Positions 1 through 7,910 of a DNA stretch of 34,713 bases are shown piece by piece. The first letter of the stretch is position 1, and every line of letters starts with the position of its first letter. The notes under the pieces are model-generated. The model was not told the DNA's origin. It searched no databases and saw nothing but the letters and a program-made list of their open reading frames with translations. Position numbers and translations under genes: made by a program. This stretch comes from a virus (lineage: Duplodnaviria; Caudoviricetes): IMG/VR virus record IMGVR_UViG_3300017766_000331, positions 1-34,713 of that record; one strand, 5' to 3'.

Positions 1-792
1 ACAGTGGAACAGATCCACCATCGTGCTCCTGCTGCATTCAGTGTGACCAAGTCAGACCGCTTGACAGACCGTTACGTATCACTCAACACCAGCGATGTGC
101 TGCCCATCATGGCAGACTATGGCTACCTACCAACACAGGCTGCACAGAAACGTAGCCGCACTGCCAGCCCTCAACATGCTGCTCACATGTTGGCATTCAG
201 CCGCACTGTTGACATCATCGAAGCTGGTGACATTCGTCCTGAAATTATCTTGTACAACTCTCACGATGGCACAGGGTCTGTGAAGCTCTATGCTGGTGCG
301 TTCCGTTTCATCTGCTCCAATGGCATCGTGGCAGGTGATGGCTTTCAGTCTCGCATCTACCACAGCAGGGCATTGAATGGTTTTGAAGAGATGCTCCGCA
401 ACACAGTGGCTACATTGCCTGAGTTGATGGGCCGCATTGATACGATGCGTGGTGTGTCGTTGTCTGTTGGTCAAGTGCATGACATGGCAATTGCTGGTGT
501 AGCTACCCGTTGGGATGACTACACAGGTCAAGAGCGTGGTGCTTATGCTGTGGCACAGACAGTCAAGGATGTGATGAGTGTGCGCCGCAATGGTGACGAA
601 GGCTACGATGCTTGGACTGTGTTCAACCGCATTCAAGAAGGTGTGGTTCGTGGCAATGCAATGATTCGCTCCATCACTGAGTCACACCCTGAAGGCATCA
701 TGCGTAAGGCTCGACCAGTGTCTTCCATCAAGGAAGCTGTGCGTATCAACACCGCATTGTGGAACATTGCAGACGAGTTTGTGACAGCGTAA
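1..792 (+). CDS. DUF932/DUF945-family phage/plasmid protein (probably 5'-truncated by the window)
   Basis: The frame is open from base 1. Motifs PEIILYNSHDGTGS, AGAFRFICSNGIV and AWTVFNRIQE are typical of DUF932 proteins. Confidence 0.8.
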   Translation, partial: TVEQIHHRAPAAFSVTKSDRLTDRYVSLNTSDVLPIMADYGYLPTQAAQKRSRTASPQHAAHMLAFSRTVDIIEAGDIRPEIILYNSHDGTGSVKLYAGAFRFICSNGIVAGDGFQSRIYHSRALNGFEEMLRNTVATLPELMGRIDTMRGVSLSVGQVHDMAIAGVATRWDDYTGQERGAYAVAQTVKDVMSVRRNGDEGYDAWTVFNRIQEGVVRGNAMIRSITESHPEGIMRKARPVSSIKEAVRINTALWNIADEFVTA

Positions 793-800
793 TTGTTGAT

Positions 801-827
801 GGCCTTGACCGCTATGGGGTTCTTTTT
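801..827 (+). terminator. Possible weak intrinsic terminator
   Basis: GU-rich imperfect stem (ggccttg...tggggtt) followed by ctttttg just after the stop at 792. Confidence 0.25.
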
Positions 828-840
828 GATGAACAATCGG

Positions 841-987
841 TGACAGCATGGAGAGACATGCCGCATCAAGGAAGCGTAGCCCTTGGGTAATTCGGTAGCT
901 ACCAAAATGCTACGCTGGATAACGTAACCAGCAACATCAATAACATCATCTAACATTACACATGTTAGTATGCACAGGGAATGTTAC
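841..987 (+). promoter_or_regulatory. Multi-hairpin structured leader upstream of the ADP-ribosylglycohydrolase gene
   Basis: Stems GCATG/CATGC (846-861), AGCGTAGC/GCTACGCT (873-916), GCTGG/CCAGC (914-932) and CTAACAT/ATGTTAG (950-968). Confidence 0.4.
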
Positions 988-1824
988 ATGCAAAAAGACA
1001 ACGCAATTGGTATGTTCATGGGTTTGTTTATCGGTGATGCACTCGGCGCACCGTTGGAATTCATACCAACATTAGATGTACCGTACACAACTGACATGGT
1101 GGGTGGTGGTGTACACAAGACAGCACCGGGAGAGTGGACAGACGATGGTGCTATGGCGGTATGCATTGCTGATGCTTACATCAAGCACAAACGGATTGAA
1201 CCATCCATCATCATGCAAAACTTCAAGCGATGGAGAAACAATGGAACATTCGGTACTCGTGATTATTGTTTTGATATTGGAACTACTACTGCTGAAGCGC
1301 TGAGTGCTTCGTCTAACAATCGTCCCTATGGTGGCTCAGCAAACGCTATGGCTTCGGGTAATGGTTCGATTATGAGAGCCGCACCAACCATCCTTACCAA
1401 TCACAACAACCTTGGTAAGTGTATTGGTCACAGTGTTGCCACTGCGTTGTTGACACATGGTAATGCCGACACCATCGACTACATGTCTGCGTTTGCTCAT
1501 GAGATGTATGTAGGTAAGATGCTGCCTGAGTATGCAATGCTGCGTCAGTGGACGACAACACGACCAGATAATGGTGGCGGTTCAATCATGTATGCTTACA
1601 CCAATGCGTGGAAATACACCATGCGTAATGGCAACTTTGAAGATGCACTGGTTGGTGTTGTCAATCTTGGACATGACGCTGACACAGTTGGTGCTGTCAC
1701 TGGTATGGTTGCTGGTAGGTTGTATGGGTATGATGCCATCCCTAAACGATGGCTCGACAAACTGGTACAGCATGACGAGTTGTTAGCCATTGCAAACAAA
1801 CTGTACGATATGGGTAACAAATAA
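988..1824 (+). CDS. ADP-ribosylglycohydrolase (DraG/ARH family)
   Basis: Motifs GDALGAPLEF, GEWTDDG, GNGSIMR and DADTVGAVTG. AGGGA at 976-980 favours the ATG at 988 over 970. Confidence 0.93.
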   Translation: MQKDNAIGMFMGLFIGDALGAPLEFIPTLDVPYTTDMVGGGVHKTAPGEWTDDGAMAVCIADAYIKHKRIEPSIIMQNFKRWRNNGTFGTRDYCFDIGTTTAEALSASSNNRPYGGSANAMASGNGSIMRAAPTILTNHNNLGKCIGHSVATALLTHGNADTIDYMSAFAHEMYVGKMLPEYAMLRQWTTTRPDNGGGSIMYAYTNAWKYTMRNGNFEDALVGVVNLGHDADTVGAVTGMVAGRLYGYDAIPKRWLDKLVQHDELLAIANKLYDMGNK

Positions 1825-1886
1825 TAGTGGATGAACGACAACATGCATTATTCCCAAGCTTACACCCGACAAACAAGGAGAAACAC

Positions 1887-2204
1887 ATGAGCCGCGAAGC
1901 AATGAAGCTGGCGCTGGAGGCGTTGGAGTACATAAGAAACATTGACACTGAGGTTGCATCACAAATCAAATATGGGAACGCTGCACAAATTATTGAAGCT
2001 GCACTGGCAGAGCAGCCAGCACAGCAAGAGCCTGTAGCAAAGCACTACGTAGACGGCGGTCATCTTGTTTATCCCACAGCACAGCGCCCTTGGGTTGGGC
2101 TGACGCATGAGGATATAGTAATCATTCTGAACAACGACTACGGAGGAAGTCGAGCCGACTGCATCCGATCAGCCGAAGCAATACTTAAGGAGAAGAACAC
2201 ATGA
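1887..2204 (+). CDS. Hypothetical protein (AQQEPVA...PWVGLT...LKEKNT type small phage protein)
   Basis: Strong AAGGAG RBS at 1875-1880 before the ATG at 1887; ATGA overlap with the next gene. Confidence 0.75.
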   Translation: MSREAMKLALEALEYIRNIDTEVASQIKYGNAAQIIEAALAEQPAQQEPVAKHYVDGGHLVYPTAQRPWVGLTHEDIVIILNNDYGGSRADCIRSAEAILKEKNT

Positions 2205-2335
2205 AGATCAAGCAATGCCCATGTTGTTTGAAGAACAGATATAACAACAGTCCAATGACATACACATGGTGGCATGTCATGGGTCACGGATACATGTGCT
2301 GGCACTGCTATGACAGACTTAAAGGAAAGAAATGA
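2201..2335 (+). CDS. Small Cys/His-rich (CxxC..CxxC) hypothetical protein, 44 aa
   Basis: Not in the ORF track. MKIKQCPCCLK...MCWHCYDRLKGKK, with an AAGGAG RBS and ATGA overlaps at both ends. Confidence 0.65.
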   Translation: MKIKQCPCCLKNRYNNSPMTYTWWHVMGHGYMCWHCYDRLKGKK

Positions 2336-2580
2336 AAACCGTAATTGAAATGGCAAGGGAAGCAGGTTGGCTGGAGGAGGTTGGTAACGAGCTTCCCTGC
2401 ACTGGAAGCATGAACCTCGACCGCTTTACCGAGCTTGTCCGTGCTGACGAGCGTGAGGCACTTGTTGAAAGCATTGATTGGACTGCATTGATGCGCCAAG
2501 GCGGGTTAGTCACATGGGGTGACGCTGAAGAACTTGGCGACCGTGTAGTTGCCGCCATCCGCGCAAGGAGCAACACATGA
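2332..2580 (+). CDS. Hypothetical protein ending EREA...AIRARSNT
   Basis: AAAGGA RBS; ATGA coupling at both ends. Confidence 0.75.
   Translation: MKTVIEMAREAGWLEEVGNELPCTGSMNLDRFTELVRADEREALVESIDWTALMRQGGLVTWGDAEELGDRVVAAIRARSNT
2554..2580 (+). repeat. 27-bp direct repeat copy 1 (second copy at 5270-5296)
   Basis: gccatcCgCgcaaggagcaacacatga vs gccatcAgAgcaaggagcaacacatga, 25/27 identical. Confidence 0.85.
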
Positions 2581-3683
2581 AACTAGCCCGTTACATGACC
2601 ATCGTTGACCGCAACGGTGTCATCAGCTACCGATACAACCCACCCGCTGACGCTGTTGAAGCTGGCGTTGTCAAGCGTGAAAGTCTTGGCACTGGTCTAG
2701 TCGATGCCATCAACAAAGCCAATGAGTACAACGATGTGTTGGACAACTGGCGCAAGGAACATCGCTACCTGAAAAACTTGACAACCAAGAGTACAGTGAT
2801 CGACCTAGTCAAGAGCTACATCAACTCCATCGACTACGCCAAGCTGTCAGTTAAGAGCAAGGAAGACTATCGCTACTACCTCAAGCGTTGGGCAGGTGAC
2901 AAAGCAACACACACTACGCTGTATGCCAGCAGGCTGCAAGACCTGACAACACCAGCCATGCAGCGCATCTACGACTTACATGCTGCACACAGTGTTAGCT
3001 TGGCTAGTCATGTGCTGGCTGTGTATAGGCTGTTGTTTAGCTATGCCATTCGCAATGGCTTCACCACCTTCAACCCCTTCACTGCTGTGAAGAAACAAAC
3101 AAGCAAGCCACGGCGTGTGACATGGGAGCGTGAACACATCAAAGCTTTCATGACTGTGGCGTTCAGCAAGTTTGAAACACGTAGCTTAGGACTGTTGATT
3201 TATACAGCATACTGTGCAGCACAACGTCTTGGTGACATGCGTCTGTTGACATGGGACAGCTACGATGTTGACACTGGTACGTTGTCGCTGACACAGAGCA
3301 AGCGCAGGGCGAGGGTGTCTATCCCGCTGCCTCAAGACCTGCAACAAATGTTGAAGCAACAACATGCTGAGCTAGGCTGGCAGCAGTATGTCTTTCCTAC
3401 ACAACGCACTGTTGCTGGCACACTACAGCCATACAGTTTGCAGGGCTTGGCTAAGGCTGGCAGGGTTATAATGGAACAGGCTCAGTTGCCTGAAGATTTA
3501 CAACTCATGGACTTGCGCCGCACTGCTGTGACAGAGATGGTGATGGCTGGTGTAGCAACCACCAACATCATGAGTTTGACAGGTCATGCAACACCATCAA
3601 GCCTAACACCATACATCAGGCACACACTAAAGAGTGCAACGGTGGCACAGGACATGAGAGACTTACAACCAATGTTTAACTAA
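2577..3683 (+). CDS. Tyrosine recombinase / phage integrase family protein
   Basis: Catalytic pattern QRLGD (R), QSK, DLRRT (x-x-x-R), TGH and SLTPY (Tyr); 368 aa. Confidence 0.88.
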   Translation: MKLARYMTIVDRNGVISYRYNPPADAVEAGVVKRESLGTGLVDAINKANEYNDVLDNWRKEHRYLKNLTTKSTVIDLVKSYINSIDYAKLSVKSKEDYRYYLKRWAGDKATHTTLYASRLQDLTTPAMQRIYDLHAAHSVSLASHVLAVYRLLFSYAIRNGFTTFNPFTAVKKQTSKPRRVTWEREHIKAFMTVAFSKFETRSLGLLIYTAYCAAQRLGDMRLLTWDSYDVDTGTLSLTQSKRRARVSIPLPQDLQQMLKQQHAELGWQQYVFPTQRTVAGTLQPYSLQGLAKAGRVIMEQAQLPEDLQLMDLRRTAVTEMVMAGVATTNIMSLTGHATPSSLTPYIRHTLKSATVAQDMRDLQPMFN

Positions 3684-3691
3684 GGAAGAAA

Positions 3692-4339
3692 ATGAACAAC
3701 GTCAAACTTGTATGGAGCACCCCCGATACAGACAATCACTTAGCCTACATTGCAAGGGTCAGCAACCCCACCAACCAAGACAACCCAAGCAAGGAAGGAT
3801 TGTTCAAGTACATGATGCGTGAAGGGCATGTCAGTCCTTTTGAGATGGCACATGCCTGTCTTGAGATCAATGTAACCCGTGACATTGGTCGTCAGATCTT
3901 ACGTCATCGCAGCTTCAGCTTTCAAGAATTCTCGCAAAGATATGCTGACGCTACACAACTTGGTGACTTCACCACCCGTGAGTGCCGCTTGCAAGACAAC
4001 AAGAACCGTCAGAACTCTTTAGAGACAGACGACTTTGACTTGATAGTGTGGTGGGCAGCAGCACAGGGTAGGATGACCAATGAAGCTACGTATCTGTACA
4101 GCGAAGCACTAAGTCGTGGCATTGCTAAAGAACAAGCTCGTGCTCTGCTGCCTGAAGGCTTGACCATGTCTCGCATGTACATGGTGGGTAGTTATCGTAG
4201 TTGGATACACTATCTGAACAGTCGTCTACATATAACAACACAGAAGGAACATCGTGAGGTGGCACAGATGGTGTTGAATGTGTTGCGTACTACAGCACCA
4301 ATGACAATGAATGTATTTTTTCCAAAGGAACCATCATGA
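3692..4339 (+). CDS. thyX: Flavin-dependent thymidylate synthase
   Basis: GHVSPFE, ThyX motif RHRSFSFQEFSQRY, KEQARALLP and TQKEHR. Confidence 0.96.
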   Translation: MNNVKLVWSTPDTDNHLAYIARVSNPTNQDNPSKEGLFKYMMREGHVSPFEMAHACLEINVTRDIGRQILRHRSFSFQEFSQRYADATQLGDFTTRECRLQDNKNRQNSLETDDFDLIVWWAAAQGRMTNEATYLYSEALSRGIAKEQARALLPEGLTMSRMYMVGSYRSWIHYLNSRLHITTQKEHREVAQMVLNVLRTTAPMTMNVFFPKEPS

Positions 4340-4590
4340 CCTGTACTTGCAATCAACATAGCCCATTCTTGTGGGCACAACACCCACGACCATCCATCTT
4401 CGCTGATGACATTTCCTTCAAGGCTAAACAGTCTGCGAAGACAGCGTCACAGATTGCGACAGAGGTGGTGGCACGTAAACGTAAAGACAACATCCATCAT
4501 GGCACTGTGTATGGACTAGCAAAGGAACGTGAAGATGCTGTCATTCGTAGCAGACTCATGCATATTTATTCAAAGGCAGGTGTGAAATGA
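4336..4590 (+). CDS. Hypothetical protein
   Basis: AAAGGA RBS; ATGA overlaps with both neighbours. Confidence 0.7.
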   Translation: MTCTCNQHSPFLWAQHPRPSIFADDISFKAKQSAKTASQIATEVVARKRKDNIHHGTVYGLAKEREDAVIRSRLMHIYSKAGVK

Positions 4591-5060
4591 AAGTTTTTAT
4601 TGGACCCTATAACGATGACGGTAGCTCTCGACAAGAGGATGTGATGATAGACAGGTGGGATGTCTACAACGCCGACCACACCATTGCCCTCATTGCTGCA
4701 CCGCTGCTGCAACAACTCAAGCTGACCAAGAGTGGTTCAGGTGTGGTGGACGATGAAGACGTACCTGAAGAGTTGCGTAGCACGTCAGCACCACCGAAGG
4801 AAAACGAATGGGGCATTGACGACAACTTCCACAAGCGTTGGGGGTGGGTGCTGGACGAGATGATATGGGCGTTGACAGAACACATTGATCCTGTTGGTGA
4901 TGATAAGTTCTTTGACCACAGTGAAGTGGATGAAGAAGCTAACATCATGGAACAGATTGATAAGATCAAGTGTGACCTTGAAGGCTTGGATGCCTACAAC
5001 GCACGTAAGCGACGAGGCTTTGAGTTGTTCGGTAAATACTTTCAGCAATTGTGGGACTAA
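4587..5060 (+). CDS. Hypothetical phage protein (acidic, Trp-rich)
   Basis: 157-aa ORF in a coupled operon with phage-like codon use. Confidence 0.8.
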   Translation: MKVFIGPYNDDGSSRQEDVMIDRWDVYNADHTIALIAAPLLQQLKLTKSGSGVVDDEDVPEELRSTSAPPKENEWGIDDNFHKRWGWVLDEMIWALTEHIDPVGDDKFFDHSEVDEEANIMEQIDKIKCDLEGLDAYNARKRRGFELFGKYFQQLWD

Positions 5061-5062
5061 CA

Positions 5063-5296
5063 ATGGAACGCTGCAAATTTAAACAGGGTAAGTTTAACTG
5101 CGGAAGCTATGCATTCAACCTTTACAAAGAAGGCATTGACCAAGGCGACTTCTGTGACCACCACTACTGGCAAGACCAAGCAATGAAAGCCCGTGCTGGT
5201 GAGCGTGAGGCTTGCGCGAAAGCTGCTGACGATCAATGGGTGCGCGACCCGACTGTCTCAGGCGGGGAAGCCATCAGAGCAAGGAGCAACACATGA
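5063..5296 (+). CDS. Hypothetical protein ending EREAC...AIRARSNT
   Basis: ATG two bases after the previous stop; shares C-terminal motifs with 2332-2580. Confidence 0.7.
   Translation: MERCKFKQGKFNCGSYAFNLYKEGIDQGDFCDHHYWQDQAMKARAGEREACAKAADDQWVRDPTVSGGEAIRARSNT
5270..5296 (+). repeat. 27-bp direct repeat copy 2
   Basis: 25/27 identical to 2554-2580. Confidence 0.85.
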
Positions 5297-5442
5297 ACAT
5301 TGAACAAGTCATTGTTGCATCCACAGGTATAGGCTACCTAGTCGTTGGTGTTCTTCAATGGAGCAAGGGTGAACTGAGCAACGGTATGATATGGACAGGC
5401 TATGCCTTTGCTCAAATCGGATTGTGGCTTAACATCAAATAG
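5293..5442 (+). CDS. Small two-helix membrane protein, 49 aa
   Basis: AAGGAG RBS and ATGA overlap; two hydrophobic segments (VIVASTGIGYLVVGVL, MIWTGYAFAQIGLWL). Confidence 0.7.
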   Translation: MNIEQVIVASTGIGYLVVGVLQWSKGELSNGMIWTGYAFAQIGLWLNIK

Positions 5443-5444
5443 CT

Positions 5445-7064
5445 ATGGCATTCATTCGTACACATGTTAGTTGTGAACACTGCGGCTCCAGTGATGGAGC
5501 CAGCATCAACGATGATCACTCCACCTACTGCTTCGTGTGTAGCACACACACACCAGCAACCGAAACCACCATCATCATCAAAGACATTATGCAAAACAAA
5601 ATCAGAGAAGAGATAGATTTGTCGTTCATCAAAGCAATGAACAACGGCAATGCTGTCTCGGTCAGTGAACGCCGCATCACCAAGAGTACGATGGAGAAGT
5701 ATGGTGTTGTTCGTGAGAGCAACAATCTCTACTTCCCCTACTATGACAAGGACAGTCAGCTTGTTGCAGCCAAGGTTAGACCTGTGACAGAGAAGAAGTT
5801 TTCTACTGCTGGAGATTGGACCAAGGGTACATTGTTTGGACAGAACCTATACCCCTCTGGTGGTAAGTACATCACCATCACTGAAGGTGAGTTCGATGCG
5901 CTGGCTGCGTTCCAGATGACAGGTAGTAAGTGGCCTGTAGTGTCTGTGCGTAACGGTGCAGGCTCTGCCTTGAAAGATTGCAAGGCACAGTATGAATATC
6001 TGAACAGCTTTGAAACCATCGTTGTCAACTTTGATGGTGATGAACCGGGTAGGAAAGCTGCTAAAGAAGTTGCTGAGTTGTTCGGTAATAAGTGCAAGTT
6101 GTTCAAGCCTCTGCCTGATATGAAGGATGCTTGTGACTGGCTCAGCGAAAGTAAGGAAGCTCAGTATGTTAGTCGTTGGTGGGCCAGCGAACCCTTTGTA
6201 CCAGACGGCATTGTCTCTGGTAGCACACTGTGGGATATGGTGTCAGAACCTATGGCACCTGCCGATTGCAAGTATCCTTGGGCTGGATTGAACGAACTAA
6301 CCTACGGCATCAGGCTTGGTGAACTTGTCACTGTCACTGCTGGTAGTGGATTGGGTAAGTCTCAAGTGTTGCGTGAGTTGGTGTGGCATCTGATCAAGAA
6401 CACTGACGACAACATTGGTCTGATGTTCCTTGAGGAGAGTGTGCGTAAGACAGCATTGTCGATGATGTCACTGGCTGCTAACGTACCATTGCATTTGCCC
6501 GACACTACCGTGACCGAGGACGACAGGAAGATTGCTTTCGACAACACACTTGGCACTGGTCGCCTGTATCTGTTCGACCACTTCGGCTCGACGAGCATTG
6601 AGAACATCGTCAACCGTGTGCGCTATCTGGCAAAGGGTATGTCATGTAAGTACGTGTTCCTTGACCACTTGTCCATCATCATCTCAAGTCAAGAGAGTGG
6701 TGACGAACGTAAAGCATTGGACGAGGTGATGACCAAGCTGCGTATGCTGGTGCAAGAAACCAACATTGCTTTGATATTGGTTAGCCACTTGAAACGTCCA
6801 AGCGACAAAGGCCATGAAGAAGGTGCAGCAACATCGCTTGCACAACTGCGTGGCTCTGCATCTATTGCACAGCTTAGTGACATGGTGATTGGTCTTGAAC
6901 GTAATGGTCAGGCTGAAGACTTGGTTGAGCGCAACACCACCCGTGTGCGTGTGTTGAAGAATAGATACAGTGGTGTCACTGGTCCAGCATGTAGCTTGCT
7001 CTACAACAAAGAGACAGGTAGAATGTTTGAGATTGAAGACGAACCCCAAAGAGATGTTTTATGA
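5445..7064 (+). CDS. DNA primase/helicase (T7 gp4-like)
   Basis: N-terminal Zn ribbon CEHC...CFVC, TOPRIM (ITEGEFDA, FDGDEPG, KDACD), Walker A AGSGLGKS, FLDHLS, LVSHL, LRGS..IAQLSD and KNR. Confidence 0.96.
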   Translation: MAFIRTHVSCEHCGSSDGASINDDHSTYCFVCSTHTPATETTIIIKDIMQNKIREEIDLSFIKAMNNGNAVSVSERRITKSTMEKYGVVRESNNLYFPYYDKDSQLVAAKVRPVTEKKFSTAGDWTKGTLFGQNLYPSGGKYITITEGEFDALAAFQMTGSKWPVVSVRNGAGSALKDCKAQYEYLNSFETIVVNFDGDEPGRKAAKEVAELFGNKCKLFKPLPDMKDACDWLSESKEAQYVSRWWASEPFVPDGIVSGSTLWDMVSEPMAPADCKYPWAGLNELTYGIRLGELVTVTAGSGLGKSQVLRELVWHLIKNTDDNIGLMFLEESVRKTALSMMSLAANVPLHLPDTTVTEDDRKIAFDNTLGTGRLYLFDHFGSTSIENIVNRVRYLAKGMSCKYVFLDHLSIIISSQESGDERKALDEVMTKLRMLVQETNIALILVSHLKRPSDKGHEEGAATSLAQLRGSASIAQLSDMVIGLERNGQAEDLVERNTTRVRVLKNRYSGVTGPACSLLYNKETGRMFEIEDEPQRDVL

Positions 7065-7210
7065 ATGACGTAGAACGATATTGGGAAGCCATTAGAAAGA
7101 AGTGGCCTACCCCCACACCAAGCTATCACGAGCTTGACCCAATGGAACAGATGATGTTGGTACAAAGTATCAACATTGTGTTACAAATCTTAAACAACCG
7201 GAGAGCGTAA
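7061..7210 (+). CDS. Small hypothetical protein, 49 aa
   Basis: Not in the ORF track. MNDVERYWEAIRKKWP...; ATGA overlap with the primase stop and TAATG overlap with the next gene. Confidence 0.6.
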   Translation: MNDVERYWEAIRKKWPTPTPSYHELDPMEQMMLVQSINIVLQILNNRRA

Positions 7211-7329
7211 TGAAAACCTACAAAGAACTTGAACGTGAAGCCTACATAGCAGGCAACACAGAACTTGCAAAGCTCTATGCGAAGCTTGCCGATTCTATGC
7301 GTAAGTTAGCGGAGGCTCCCTATGAGTGA
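7210..7329 (+). CDS. Small hypothetical protein, 39 aa
   Basis: Not in the ORF track. MKTYKELEREAYIAGNTELAKLY...; GGAG RBS and TAATG coupling. Confidence 0.55.
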   Translation: MKTYKELEREAYIAGNTELAKLYAKLADSMRKLAEAPYE

Positions 7330-7483
7330 TGGAGGCAAAGGCTCAACACAGCGACCACGTTCTGTAGCCGATGAAGAATGGGCTAGTCGATGGGATGCCA
7401 TCTTCGGTAGAGATAAACAACCCGAACAACCTAAGAAGGACGATGATGACGATATGGCTAAGCCGAACGCTGATAGAGGGTGA
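7322..7483 (+). CDS. Small hypothetical protein with GGKGS..RP...W..IF motif, 53 aa
   Basis: Not in the ORF track. GGAGG RBS at about 7310-7315; MSDGGKGSTQRPRSVADEEWASRWDAIFG resembles a recurrent small phage protein. Confidence 0.65.
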   Translation: MSDGGKGSTQRPRSVADEEWASRWDAIFGRDKQPEQPKKDDDDDMAKPNADRG

Positions 7484-7910
7484 CTTCTTAAAGGTCTGTA
7501 CCACCGAAGCAGACTACCATCGCACGTTGAGATATTTGAAAGTGCCAATATCAGAGTGGGATAAGTGGCTCATCTCTGAATCATTGGCAACAACACACTA
7601 CTTCAATACCCCTAAAGGGAACAGGGTTACTATTGTTTGTATCCCTGTTACTCCTGATGTAGACGGTATTGATGTTGCAACATTGTTAGTACATGAAGCT
7701 GTACATGTGGTGCAAGAATACTTCAGGTTCATTGGTGAAGAAAATCCCGGTAATGAGATTGAAGCATACGCTATTCAGAACGTGAGTGCTTCGTTGATGA
7801 GAGCGTACCGTGATAAACTATTTCCTAAAGTCAAGGACAAGAAAGATGGATTACATTTGGGACATAGAGACATACAAGACAGCGTTCACGTTCTCAGCGA
7901 TCAGTGCTGA
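7443..7910 (+). CDS. HEXXH-motif (zincin-like) putative metallopeptidase
   Basis: LVHEAVHV followed by EIEAY; AAGGA RBS before the ATG at 7443. Confidence 0.65.
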   Translation: MMTIWLSRTLIEGDFLKVCTTEADYHRTLRYLKVPISEWDKWLISESLATTHYFNTPKGNRVTIVCIPVTPDVDGIDVATLLVHEAVHVVQEYFRFIGEENPGNEIEAYAIQNVSASLMRAYRDKLFPKVKDKKDGLHLGHRDIQDSVHVLSDQC

